DNA of 64,000 bases from Kofleriaceae bacterium. Its GTDB lineage: Bacteria; Myxococcota_A; Polyangia; Haliangiales; Haliangiaceae. Location of the stretch: assembly GCA_046597055.1 (NCBI GenBank), contig JBKJLC010000237.1, positions 86,737-150,736 of the forward strand, given 5' to 3'. The number at the start of each line of letters is the position of its first letter. Position 1 is the stretch's first letter. The notes under the pieces were generated by a model. That model did not search any database, was not told the origin of the DNA, and worked only from the letters and a program-made list of their open reading frames with translations. The translations under genes and the position numbers were made by a program. Of the stretch, positions 25,001 to 33,773 are shown one piece after another.

Positions 25001-25837
25001 ATCCTGGTCGACGACCAGAACACCGCGACCCCGACCACGATCAGCGTCAACCTCCGCGGCGTGATCCCGTCGCTGGGTCGGTGCAACCCGAGCTCGACCA
25101 CGTTCGTGTGCGACACCGGGACCACCTGTCGCGGCGCGGCCGGGGCCGAGCGCTGCTCGCCCGGCGTCTGCAACGACACCGTCGACGACGACGGCCGCGG
25201 CGATGGCACCGGCTTCCCGACCGACCCCGGCTGCACCAGCGTCGCCGACACCGACGAGGCCGACGACTGCCCGACCGGCACCAGCTGTCCGGCCTGCAGC
25301 AACGGCCTCGACGACGACGGCAACGGCACGATCGATTTCCCGGCCGATCTGGGCTGTGCCGCCGCCAGCGACACCGTCGAGCGCACGTGCGCCCCCGAGA
25401 CCGATCCGTTCACCGTCGTTTCGACCCGGGTGACCACGGGTACCACCACCGGCGCCGCCAACAACTTTTCGCCGAGCTGCCAGAGCACCTCCAACGCCGA
25501 CCGGGTCCACTTGCTGAGCCTGCCGGTGCCGGTCGCGTCGCTGACCATGACCACGGTCGGGACCAGCTACGACACGATCCTCGTGTTCATGGATTCGGGG
25601 TGCGGAACATCGCTCGCGTGCAACGACGACGGCGCCGGGGTTCAGTCGACCATCACCCGGACCGACGTCGCGGCGGGCACCTACGCCATCGTGGTCGACG
25701 GCTACGACATGAACAGCGGCCCGTACACGCTCAACGTGAACGGCACGGTCGCCGCGGGTGTAGCCTGCACCGATCCGCTGTTCGCCGCCGGTGTCCTCGC
25801 CTGCGCGGGCACCTGCACCGCTGGCACCTGCCAGTAA
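22079..25837 (+). CDS. Large Cys/Asp-rich repetitive surface lipoprotein with PPC-like domains
   Basis: Lipobox LASC; 12 CxD/NxxDxDxDxxxD(F/Y)PxDPGC-type repeats; 5 PPC-like domains (LAC(N/D)DD...G.Y..VVD). Confidence 0.8.
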   Translation: MPRLACVAHAVVVSALVLLASCADTGSGKPQCEDGVDNDRDGFIDEADPACAAGSPTEAEDPAGPCGDGVDNDGDGLTDFPDDPGCDGDGDVDEYDVGDMADCMNGRDDDGDGKIDFPADPGCLAANQDGEGDDCPTGPNCPQCANGRDDDVDTLVDFPTDPGCTSASGGFEYNLDVNACGTGTLVAELPANGIVTGTLSTGTSNVQASTCAGGPVGTGAEAAYAFLVESPSTLVATTDTAGTTANTVLYVRRACRTAATELACNDDINPTNTKSSIRAELTPGAYYLIVDTKAGSQTGAYTLQASIYRGLGQSCTGAVQCAPGNECRMVAGAGTTTCERPVCSDGRDDDGDTKIDFPADPGCTSAIDSSETDDCPNGVNCPDCADTVDNDGDTRADYPLDTACASASGTSEYACTSADPVRTFAGNLTGQTMPTLGNDVDLSCGTNGRDEVFALLITRPLAELRINTIGSTIDTSIALKQASCSSFDLACDDDTAGNGDSEIFLVDVQVGEYYLVVDDESTTGTYNLNVRGTLTSDASCDPASTLFTCPTGFSCAGTAGAERCTAAACNDAVDGDGDGDGTGYPTDPGCASPSDTTEDDDCPAGPSCPACSNDVDDDNDTLTDYGADPGCVAASATSELAPCTSGDPVLLLNNPRVVDASTATRSNDVDLSCGTDGRDEIYRLMVIQPLASLTVDTVGSSLDTVVGLRGATCNGTADLACDDNGAGNGDSRVTLTNVGVGEYFVVVDDRNVANPGTYNLNVTGTIAVGGQCDPASTVYTCTAGHACTGAPMATCQLAACNNAVDDDGRGDGTGFPTDPGCASTSDNDEADDCPSGPMCPACSNDLDDDGDGLTDYPEDPACAGAGVASELAPCTSIDPIPVFTADLAGVSIATQANDVDLSCGNDGRDLIYRYYVTAPLVSLTADTGGSDTNAAIALRRNSCNGNTDLGCAVNNYANGDARATITGVTVGEYFILVDDQNTATPTTISVNLRGVIPSLGRCNPSSTTFVCDTGTTCRGAAGAERCSPGVCNDTVDDDGRGDGTGFPTDPGCTSVADTDEADDCPTGTSCPACSNGLDDDGNGTIDFPADLGCAAASDTVERTCAPETDPFTVVSTRVTTGTTTGAANNFSPSCQSTSNADRVHLLSLPVPVASLTMTTVGTSYDTILVFMDSGCGTSLACNDDGAGVQSTITRTDVAAGTYAIVVDGYDMNSGPYTLNVNGTVAAGVACTDPLFAAGVLACAGTCTAGTCQ

Positions 25838-25838
25838 C

Positions 25839-25929
25839 GGGACAGGTTCCTGGCTCGCGAAGCGCCGCACCAGGGCGCTTCAAGCCGACCGCCCCGGCAG
25901 CACCGGGGACAGGTTCCTGGGTCGCAAAG
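25839..25929. repeat. 24-bp direct repeat pair
   Basis: GGGACAGGTTCCTGG(C/G)TCGC(G/A)AAG at 25839-25862 and 25906-25929. Confidence 0.75.
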
Positions 25930-26022
25930 ACCGGCAACCACAGTGCTTTCAGCCCGAACGCCCAGCGCGGTCGGGTTGCGGCCCCGCCCGGGGCTGCCGG
26001 CGCAGAAGCGGCTCGCTGCAAC

Positions 26023-26757
26023 TCAGGCCGGGCGGACCGGGCCGGACCGATCGGCCTCGGCCAGGAGGGCGGCCATGCGCGCGTTCATGGTCGCCTCCTC
26101 GTCGTCGTCATTGTGGTCGTAGCCAAGCAGGTGGCACAGGCCGTGTGCGGCCAGGAACCGGACCTCGGTCCACAGGCCCTCGGGCCCACGCTTGCGGGCT
26201 TGGCGGGCCGCCGTGTCGATCGAGACGATCACGTCGCCGAGCATGCCCGGCGGCGCCGCCCCCGGCGGACCCTCGCGCTGGGCGAAGGCGAGCACGTCGG
26301 TCGGCTTGTCCTTGTGCCGGAAGTCGCGGTTGAGCGCGTGGATCACGGGGTCGGTGGTCAGGCGGAACCCGGCCTCGAGCGGGCCCGCCTCGCTGCGGGC
26401 AGCGGCCTCCAGCATGCGCGAGAGGTGACGGCGCAGCCGCGCCGCCAGCGGCGCTGGCAGGCGCCGGGCCTCGCGGTCGATCGTGAGGTCGGCGGTGGCG
26501 CGCACCACGGGTGCCGCGATCGGTGGCGTTGCGGCCGGGCGCTTCGCGAGCAGGCGCTTCGCCAACGCGGGCTTCGCAGTCACCGGCTTCGCGGTCGCGG
26601 GCTTCGCGGTCGCCGGCTTCGCGGCCACGGGCTTCGCGGCCACGGGCTTCGCGGCCACGGGCTTCGCGGCCACGGGCTTCGCGGTCGCCGGCTTCTTCGT
26701 CGCGGGTTTCGCGGCCGGACGCTTCGCGGCCGGGCGAGCCGGGGGCGACCGGGTCAT
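26023..26757 (-). CDS. ybeY: rRNA maturation endoribonuclease YbeY with an N-terminal AKP-repeat extension
   Basis: LNRDFRHKDKPTDVLAF, LGDVIVS, HGLCHLLGYDH; ATGA overlap with the upstream gene. Confidence 0.92.
   Translation of the reverse strand: MTRSPPARPAAKRPAAKPATKKPATAKPVAAKPVAAKPVAAKPVAAKPATAKPATAKPVTAKPALAKRLLAKRPAATPPIAAPVVRATADLTIDREARRLPAPLAARLRRHLSRMLEAAARSEAGPLEAGFRLTTDPVIHALNRDFRHKDKPTDVLAFAQREGPPGAAPPGMLGDVIVSIDTAARQARKRGPEGLWTEVRFLAAHGLCHLLGYDHNDDDEEATMNARMAALLAEADRSGPVRPA
26560..26730. repeat. 15-bp tandem repeat encoding (A/T)AKP(V/A) pentapeptides
   Basis: Four exact GCGGCCACGGGCTTC copies at 26621-26680, flanked by degenerate copies. Confidence 0.9.
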
Positions 26758-28730
26758 CGCTGGACCGCGTCCCAGATCTTCGCCTCGCAGAACACCCGGA
26801 ACAGCTCGTCGTCGAGCAGGCCCTTCTTCACGTCGCTGGCCAGGATGTCGAGGGCGCGCTGGGGTGGCATCGCCTTCTTGTACGGCCGATCGCTGGCGGT
26901 CAGCGCATCGTAGATGTCGCTGATCGTCATCATGCGGGCCGGCACCGGGATCGCGTCGGCCTGCAGGCCGTTGGGGTAGCCCGAGCCATCGAGCTTCTCG
27001 TGGTGGGCGCCGGCGATCTCGGGGACCTTGCGGAACTGTTGCCCCCACGGGATCTGGCGCAGGAAGTTCGACGTGTGCACGACGTGGCTCTCGATCTCGA
27101 ACCGCTCCTCCTTGGTCAGCGAGCCGCGCATGACCTGGAGCGCGGTCGCCTCCTCGGGCTTGAGGTACGGCAGCTGCTCGCCGCCGGGATCCACGAACAG
27201 CCGGCTGGCGATGTCGGCGATCCGATCGAAGCCACCCTGCTCGAGGATGGTCGGCTCGTTGGCCGCCAGGATCCAGCGGATCATGTCGTCGAGCTCGGCC
27301 AGGGACCGGGCCGCCTGGGCGTCGATCGACGACACCTGGTGGACGTGGCCGGCCTCGAAGCAGCCGACCTTCTGCACCAGCGACTCGACCTCGATGCCGC
27401 GCCGGATCAGGTGGAAGCGCTGGACGATGTACTCGCGCTGGTGCTCGTAGAGCTTCTTGGCCTTGACCAGCACGTGCTCGCGGACGCCGACCTTGCCGAA
27501 GTCGTGGAGCAGCGCCGCGTACTCGATCTGCTTGAGGTCGTTGGCCGAGAAGTTCAGGTCGCGGTACGGACCGGCATCGACCCGATCGACGGCCTGGGCC
27601 AGGCCGGTGGTCAGGGTCGCGACCCGTTCGGAGTGGCCCGAGGTGGTCGGGTCGCGCGACTCGATCGCGGTGACCGACGCGCGGACGAAGCCGTCGAACA
27701 GGGTCCGGACCTCGTCGTAGAGCATCGCGTTCTCGAGCGCGATCCCGGCCTGCGAGGCGAGCGACGCCGCGTAGGTGACCGAGACCTCGTCGAACCGCAC
27801 CACCCCGGTCGTGAACTGCTCGGCGATGTCGAGCCGGGCCACGCCGCGCGCGCGCTTGTTGATGAGCTGGATGACGCCGATGACGTTGTTGCGCGCCGAG
27901 ATCATCGGCACCGTCAGCATCGACCGGGTCTGGTAGCGATGCTTGTCGTCGAAGCTGCGATCGTGGATGAAGCCCCACGGGTTGTTGCCGGCGCCGGGGG
28001 CGTCGAGCCCGTACAGGTCGGGGATGTTGATGACGTCCGACGACATCACGCAGGTACCGACGATCGAGCTGCCCGACACCGGCATCGTGAAGCCCTTGGC
28101 GTCGATCGCGCGCGAGTCGTTCTGGCTGACCATGAAGCGCAGGACCCGCGGCTCGGCGGTGTCGTCGCCCTGGACGATGTAGACCGAGCCGGCGTCGGCG
28201 CCGGTGACGTCGCGGGCCCGGCGCAGGATGCTGCCGAGCAGCGAGTCGATGTCGCGCTCGCGCGACAGCGAGCGGCCGATGTCGATCAGCAGGTCGTTCT
28301 CGTACTTGGCCTGGGCCAGCTCCAGCTCGAGGGCGGCCGCGACCTGGCGCAGGACCGAGGCCTCGGCGCTCACCCGCAGGACCACCGCGATCCGGTCGAG
28401 CGAGGCCGGCACCGCCAGCGCGGCCACGTCGCCCTCGCTCGCGACGTGGTGGGCGGCGCCGGCGGTGAAGTCGTCGTCGCTGCCGACCAGCAGCAGCGGG
28501 TAGTGGCCGCTGCGCGCCCGCTTGAGGTGGGGCGCCGCCAGGGCCGGGTCCCGCCACACCGACGGCCACACCAGCACGAGCAGGATCGGCGCCTTGGCCC
28601 GCGTCTGCGGGGCCCGGGTCTCCAGCTCGAGCCAGCCGACACCCTGACGGCGGACGTGCCACCCCGCCAGGCGGTCGTCGGCGGCGACCGCGGCGCTCAG
28701 GTCGTCCTGCGACGCCAGCAGGCTGGCCAC
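26754..28730 (-). CDS. GAF + HD-GYP domain phosphodiesterase (cyclic dinucleotide)
   Basis: GAF (ADAGSVY, YQTRSMLTVPM, GVIQLIN); HSERV, LHDFGK, HHEKLDGSGYP, DIYDALTASDRPYK; GTG at 28730. Confidence 0.9.
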   Translation of the reverse strand: MASLLASQDDLSAAVAADDRLAGWHVRRQGVGWLELETRAPQTRAKAPILLVLVWPSVWRDPALAAPHLKRARSGHYPLLLVGSDDDFTAGAAHHVASEGDVAALAVPASLDRIAVVLRVSAEASVLRQVAAALELELAQAKYENDLLIDIGRSLSRERDIDSLLGSILRRARDVTGADAGSVYIVQGDDTAEPRVLRFMVSQNDSRAIDAKGFTMPVSGSSIVGTCVMSSDVINIPDLYGLDAPGAGNNPWGFIHDRSFDDKHRYQTRSMLTVPMISARNNVIGVIQLINKRARGVARLDIAEQFTTGVVRFDEVSVTYAASLASQAGIALENAMLYDEVRTLFDGFVRASVTAIESRDPTTSGHSERVATLTTGLAQAVDRVDAGPYRDLNFSANDLKQIEYAALLHDFGKVGVREHVLVKAKKLYEHQREYIVQRFHLIRRGIEVESLVQKVGCFEAGHVHQVSSIDAQAARSLAELDDMIRWILAANEPTILEQGGFDRIADIASRLFVDPGGEQLPYLKPEEATALQVMRGSLTKEERFEIESHVVHTSNFLRQIPWGQQFRKVPEIAGAHHEKLDGSGYPNGLQADAIPVPARMMTISDIYDALTASDRPYKKAMPPQRALDILASDVKKGLLDDELFRVFCEAKIWDAVQR

Positions 28731-28735
28731 GAGGC

Positions 28736-29779
28736 CTACTCTAGCCTGGAACGTCCGGGACCGTCGGGCCCGACCGACGGCCCGGGCGCTTCGGCGCGGT
28801 CGCGCTCGCTGCGGGCCCGGTCGCGGGCGTCGTAGGCGCGGATGATCTCGGCGACCAGCGGGTGGCGCACGACGTCGGCGTCGGTGAACCGGGTGACCCC
28901 GATGCCGCTGATGCCCTCGACCAGGTCGAGCGCGTCGCGCAGGCCCGACCGCATGCCGCGCGGCAGGTCGCTCTGCGACGGATCGCCGGTGACGATCGCC
29001 TTGGCCCCGAAGCCGAGCCGGGTCAGGAACATCTTCATCTGCTCGACGGTGGTGTTCTGCGCCTCGTCGAGGATCACGAAGCTGTCGTTCAGCGTGCGGC
29101 CACGCATGAACGCGAGCGGCGCGACCTCGATGATGTCGTCCGCGATCAGCTTCTGGATCTTGTCGGGCTCGATCATGTCGTGCAGCGCGTCGTACAGCGG
29201 CCGCAGGTACGGATTGACCTTCTCCTCGAGCGTGCCGGGCAAGAAGCCGAGCTTCTCGCCGGCCTCGACCGCGGGCCGGGTCAGGACCACGCGGCGGACC
29301 TGCTTGTCGAGCAGCGCCCGCACCGCCAGCGCCATCGCCAGGTAGGTCTTGCCGGTGCCGGCCGGGCCCACCGCGAACACGATGTCGTTGGCGCGGACCT
29401 GATCGAGGTAGTTCTTCTGGGCGACGCCCTTGGCCGCGATCGGCCGGCCCCCGCGGGGCACCAGCACGGTGTCGGAGAAGATCGGCGCCAGCTCGACCGA
29501 GGCGTCGGCCGACAGCGCCTTGACCGCGCGCACGACGTCGTCGGACGACAGGTGCTTGCCCTTGCGCGCGAACGCGTAGAGCTGCTCGAGCGCGGAGCGC
29601 ACGACCGCGGTCGCGGCCTCGTCGGCCTCGATCGTGATCTCGTTGCCACGCACGTGGAGGAGCGCGCCGGCGGTCCGCTCGATGAGCTTCAGGCGCGCAT
29701 TGCTGGTCCCGCACAGCGCCTGGAACGCCTCGGGATCGTCGAAGATGAGCTTGTCGCGGCGGAGGCTGGGCTTGGTCAC
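28736..29779 (-). CDS. phoH: PhoH family ATPase (YbeZ type)
   Basis: [41 protein letters not shown]. Confidence 0.95.
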   Translation of the reverse strand: MTKPSLRRDKLIFDDPEAFQALCGTSNARLKLIERTAGALLHVRGNEITIEADEAATAVVRSALEQLYAFARKGKHLSSDDVVRAVKALSADASVELAPIFSDTVLVPRGGRPIAAKGVAQKNYLDQVRANDIVFAVGPAGTGKTYLAMALAVRALLDKQVRRVVLTRPAVEAGEKLGFLPGTLEEKVNPYLRPLYDALHDMIEPDKIQKLIADDIIEVAPLAFMRGRTLNDSFVILDEAQNTTVEQMKMFLTRLGFGAKAIVTGDPSQSDLPRGMRSGLRDALDLVEGISGIGVTRFTDADVVRHPLVAEIIRAYDARDRARSERDRAEAPGPSVGPDGPGRSRLE

Positions 29780-29876
29780 GTGGATAGGTTTCTGCCCGAC
29801 GCAAGCGAAGTCAGCCGGCTCGGCGGGGTGGGTTTCGTACCACAGGATCGTCGGGGGCGCCTGCTACCTTGCGCGG

Positions 29877-30683
29877 ATGACGCCCCCCGGTTCGTCGTTG
29901 TCCCGCCTCGTCGAGGTCATGGCCAAGCTGCTCGCCCCCGACGGATGTCCGTGGGACCGCGAGCAGACCCTCGACACCCTGCGGCCATTCCTGATCGAGG
30001 AGTCGTACGAGGTGCTCGACGCGCTCGACCGCGGCGACATCACCGGCCATCGCGAGGAGCTGGGCGACCTGTTGATGCAGGTGGTCTTCCAGGCCGCGCT
30101 GCGCCAGGCCGAGGGCCAGTTCGCGATCGACGACGTGGTCGAGACCATCGTCGAGAAGCTGGTGCGCCGCCACCCGCACGTGTTCGGCGCGCCCGGCGCG
30201 TCGGACGTCACCACCGCCAGCGAGGTGCTGACCCAGTGGGAGCAGATCAAGGCGAGCGAGAAGCAGGCCGCGGCCGACGGCGCGCCGGCGCGGACCCTGG
30301 CCGGGGTCCCGGGCGGCCTGCCCGCCCTGGCCCGGGCCCAGAAGCTCGGCAGCAAGGCCGGGCGGGTCGGGTTCGACTGGCCGGGCTGGGCGGGCTCGAT
30401 GGAGAAGGTGCGCGAGGAGGTCGGCGAGATCGAGGCGTGCGCGGCGGGGGCCGATCAGGCGGCCAAGCATCACGAGGTCGGCGACCTGCTGTTCGCCGTG
30501 GTGAACCTCGCTCGCAAGCTCGAGGTCGATGCCGAGACCGCGCTGACCGACGCCTGCCGGCGCTTCACGTCCCGCTTCGAGCACATCGAGGACCGCTTGC
30601 GGGCGCAGGGCCGGTCACCGGCGGAGTCGAACCTCGAGGAAATGGACGGTCTCTGGAACGAAGCGAAGCGGCGCGCGCCGTGA
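29877..30683 (+). CDS. mazG: Nucleoside triphosphate pyrophosphohydrolase
   Basis: GCPWDREQT, EELGDLL, RRHPHVF, VGFDW, EVGDLLF. Confidence 0.95.
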   Translation: MTPPGSSLSRLVEVMAKLLAPDGCPWDREQTLDTLRPFLIEESYEVLDALDRGDITGHREELGDLLMQVVFQAALRQAEGQFAIDDVVETIVEKLVRRHPHVFGAPGASDVTTASEVLTQWEQIKASEKQAAADGAPARTLAGVPGGLPALARAQKLGSKAGRVGFDWPGWAGSMEKVREEVGEIEACAAGADQAAKHHEVGDLLFAVVNLARKLEVDAETALTDACRRFTSRFEHIEDRLRAQGRSPAESNLEEMDGLWNEAKRRAP

Positions 30684-31000
30684 GCGCGGGAGCACCAAAG
30701 TCGAACCTGTCACTTTTTTGAGCATCTCCCGTCGAAGTGCCGTCATCACAGGCCCTCCCGGCGCTCCACCATGGGGTAACGCGCAACTTGTCCACAGGTC
30801 CCGAAGAAACCCACCGGTGCGCGTGCGGATCTGCAACGCGGAGGCGGCGCTCACGGTGAGCGGATGACATCGGCCGGCGGTCGCGGACGGCTCGGCAGCG
30901 TCGGGGCTGGCCGTTTGGCAAGCGCTGACACCGTCCGAGGCACGCGAGATCGGCCGGAGATCGGCCGGGTCGCCTGGCGTGGGGCGGTCGGCCCTCGGGC

Positions 31001-31030
31001 TTGACATGGAAGTCCCTGCGCGATACCTAC
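31001..31030 (+). promoter_or_regulatory. Putative rpsT promoter
   Basis: TTGACA-N17-TACCTAC; AGGAG Shine-Dalgarno upstream of GTG 31070. Confidence 0.6.
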
Positions 31031-31069
31031 CGGCGCTCGTTCCTGACTCTGTGACCCCGAGGAGATTCC

Positions 31070-31327
31070 GTGGCCAACAATCCATCGGCCGAAAAGCGTA
31101 ACAAGCAGATGATCCGCCGCCGGGCCCGCAACCGTGCGGCGCTCAGCGCGCTGCGCACTGCGGTCAAGAAGGCGCGCACTGCGATCGACGGCAAGGCGGA
31201 GAACGCCGCTGACCTGAAGAAGGCTGCCATCTCGAAGATCGACAAGGCGGTCACCAAGGGCGTTCTCAAGAAGGAGACCGGCTCGCGCTACGTGTCCCGC
31301 CTGGCCGCGCGCCAGGCGGAGGCCTGA
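31070..31327 (+). CDS. rpsT: 30S ribosomal protein S20
   Basis: MANNPSAEKRNKQ...RN...IDKAVTKGVLKK...SRL. Confidence 0.95.
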   Translation: MANNPSAEKRNKQMIRRRARNRAALSALRTAVKKARTAIDGKAENAADLKKAAISKIDKAVTKGVLKKETGSRYVSRLAARQAEA

Positions 31328-31371
31328 TCCGCCGCGGCCCGCCCGTCCGCTCGCTCTGCTAGGGTCGTGCC

Positions 31372-32430
31372 GTGGCTGACATCGTCACTGCCGCGGCCAA
31401 GGGCCAGGTCGATCCCGTCTACATCGTCGCGTCCGAGCACCCGGTGCTCGTCGATCGCGCGCTGGCTGCCGTGCGTGACCTGGCGGTCCCGCCCGCCCTG
31501 CGGGCGTGGAACTACGACGTCATCGAGGGCAAGATCTCGGCGTCGCGGGTCATCGCGACCTGTCAGACGCTGCCGATGATGGGCGCCAAGCGCATGGTCT
31601 TCGTGCGCGATCTGGCGCCGTCGCCCGCCGACGAGCTGACCGCGCTGGCGGCGTACTTCGAGGCGCCGTCGCCATCGACGGTGCTGTTCGCGATCACGTC
31701 GAAGCTCGACAAGCGGATGAAGCTGTACGCGGCGGCCGGCAAGAAAGGCTGGCTGCACGTGCTCGAGGCACCCCGCAACCCCGACGGCTGGATCCGGTCG
31801 GAGGCCGGGGCCCGCGGCGTCCGGCTCGCGCCCGATGCGGTCGGCCGGCTGGCCGACGCGGTCGGCAACGACCTGTCGCGGCTGTCGCTGTGCATCGACC
31901 AGCTCGCGCTCTACGCCGGCGACGTACCGGTCACCGCCGATCACGTCGACGAGCTGATCGCCGAGACCCGCGAGCGCACCGTGTTCGAGCTGACCGACGC
32001 CATCGGCGCCGGTGATCGCGCGCGCGCGCTGGCCGCGGTCGGCTCGCTCGCCGAGCAGCGGCAGAGCGCGATCGGCGTGCTGGTGATGCTCGCCCGCCAC
32101 CTTCGCCAGCTCGCGCTGGTCCACGTCGCCCGTGCCGAGGGCGCCGACAAGCGCGACCTGCCCGGGCGGCTGGGCGCCCCGCCCTTCCTGGTCGACAAGC
32201 TGCTGGTGCAGTCGCGGCGCTACGAGCCGGGCGCGCTGGCCCGGGCCACCGAGCTGATCGCGACCGCCGACTGGGCGCTCAAGGGCTTCCCCGAACCGGC
32301 GGCGACCGGCCTCTACGCCGACGCGGTCGCCAGCGGCCCGGCCCAGAAGACCCTGGGCAAGCAGCTCGGGGAGCGCCTGCTGCTCGAGCGGCTCGCGGTG
32401 GGCATCATCGCGCTGGGGGCCCGCCCGTGA
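31372..32430 (+). CDS. holA: DNA polymerase III delta subunit
   Basis: PVY, TLPMMGAKRMV, GNDL..L...IDQLALY, VFELTDAI; adjacent to rpsT. Confidence 0.9.
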   Translation: MADIVTAAAKGQVDPVYIVASEHPVLVDRALAAVRDLAVPPALRAWNYDVIEGKISASRVIATCQTLPMMGAKRMVFVRDLAPSPADELTALAAYFEAPSPSTVLFAITSKLDKRMKLYAAAGKKGWLHVLEAPRNPDGWIRSEAGARGVRLAPDAVGRLADAVGNDLSRLSLCIDQLALYAGDVPVTADHVDELIAETRERTVFELTDAIGAGDRARALAAVGSLAEQRQSAIGVLVMLARHLRQLALVHVARAEGADKRDLPGRLGAPPFLVDKLLVQSRRYEPGALARATELIATADWALKGFPEPAATGLYADAVASGPAQKTLGKQLGERLLLERLAVGIIALGARP

Positions 32431-33773
32431 CCCCGGCGGTCTTCGTCGCCGATCGCGCGGTGGTCGGCGGCGTCGCCCGCGGCGAGACCGCGGTGCTGGC
32501 CGTGGACGGCGCCATCGTCGCGGTCGGTGCGCCCGCCGAGATCCTGGCCCGCCCGGACGCGGCCGGGGCCCGCCCGGTGCGCTGGGCGCGCAAGGCGATG
32601 ATGCCGGGCACCGTCAACGCCCACAACCACAGCTTCCAGTCGCTCCTGCGCGGCATCGGCGACGACCTGCCGTTCCTGACCTGGCGCGACCGCGCGCTCT
32701 ACCGCTACTCGCCGCGCCTCGACGCCGAGGGCATGGCGACCGCCGCGCTGTTCGCGTTCGGCGAGATGCTGCTGCACGGCGTCACCACCGTGTGCGACTT
32801 CTACTACCTGAACGCCGGTGGCAACGAGCACGCCAGCGCGACCATCGAGGCGGCCCGCCGGCTCGGCATGCGGGTGGTGCTGGCGCGCTGCTTCTACGAC
32901 TGGGACGGCGCCCCGGCCAGCTACCGCGAGACCGTCCCGCAGGCGGTCACCAACTTCGAGGCGCTGCATCGGCGCTACCACGATCGCGACCGCCGCCTGG
33001 TCAGCGTGCAGCCGGCCCCGCACAGCCAGCACGGCGCGACCCCGGCGATGATCGAGGCCGGCGCCGGCTGCGCCCGCGACGCCGGCGTGCCCTGGCACAT
33101 CCATCTCGCCGAGGAGCAGTACCAGGTCGAGCAGTCGCTCACCCGGTTCGGCGCCCGCCCGCTGCACGCGGTGGCCGGGCTCGACGTCGACCTGGCCTCG
33201 ATGATCGCGGTCCACGGCTGCTGGTTCGACCCCGGCGAGCGCGCGGTCCTGGCCGAGCGCGGCGGCCGGCTCGCCTACTGCCCGGGCTCCAACATGTTTC
33301 TCGGCGACGGCATCACCGACGTGGTCGACCTCCACGCGCGCGGGGTCGCGATCGGCCTCGGCACCGATGGCGGCTGCTCGAACAACCGGGTCAGCGTGCT
33401 CGACGAGATGCGCACCTGCGCGCTGCTGCAGAAGGTCGCGCGCATCGACGGCCAGGCGATCACGGCCGAGGACGTGTTCGCGATGGGCACCCGCGGCGGC
33501 GGTCGCGTGCTCGACCTGCCGGTCGGGGACCTCGTGCCGGGGGCCCGCTGCGACCTGGTCGCGGTCGACCTCGACGACCCGTCGCTCTGGCCGGAGCAGG
33601 CGCTGGCCAAGAACCTGGTGTATGCGCTCTCGTCTCGCGCGATCTCGGATGTCGTGGTAGATGGAGACGTGGTCGTCGCCGATCGGCGCCTGACCCGCGT
33701 TCCCCACGACGAGATCCAAGCACGTGTCCGTGACCTCACCCGGGACTGGCAGCGCGAGGACCCAGCGCCGTGA
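32427..33773 (+). CDS. Amidohydrolase (MTA/SAH-deaminase/chlorohydrolase family)
   Basis: PGTVNAHNH, HIHLAE, VHG, CPGSN, GTDG. Confidence 0.88.
   Translation: MTPAVFVADRAVVGGVARGETAVLAVDGAIVAVGAPAEILARPDAAGARPVRWARKAMMPGTVNAHNHSFQSLLRGIGDDLPFLTWRDRALYRYSPRLDAEGMATAALFAFGEMLLHGVTTVCDFYYLNAGGNEHASATIEAARRLGMRVVLARCFYDWDGAPASYRETVPQAVTNFEALHRRYHDRDRRLVSVQPAPHSQHGATPAMIEAGAGCARDAGVPWHIHLAEEQYQVEQSLTRFGARPLHAVAGLDVDLASMIAVHGCWFDPGERAVLAERGGRLAYCPGSNMFLGDGITDVVDLHARGVAIGLGTDGGCSNNRVSVLDEMRTCALLQKVARIDGQAITAEDVFAMGTRGGGRVLDLPVGDLVPGARCDLVAVDLDDPSLWPEQALAKNLVYALSSRAISDVVVDGDVVVADRRLTRVPHDEIQARVRDLTRDWQREDPAP

Noticed and set aside
25839..25929. CRISPR array
   Set aside because: Only two imperfect repeats, and no leader or cas genes.
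26754..29804. 1016-aa ORF suggesting a PhoH/HD-GYP fusion
   Set aside because: PhoH is in another frame with its own stop at 28736; the upstream part is out-of-frame read-through.
30684..31069. Replication origin
   Set aside because: Only one DnaA-box match, no box cluster or unwinding element, and no dnaA/dnaN nearby.
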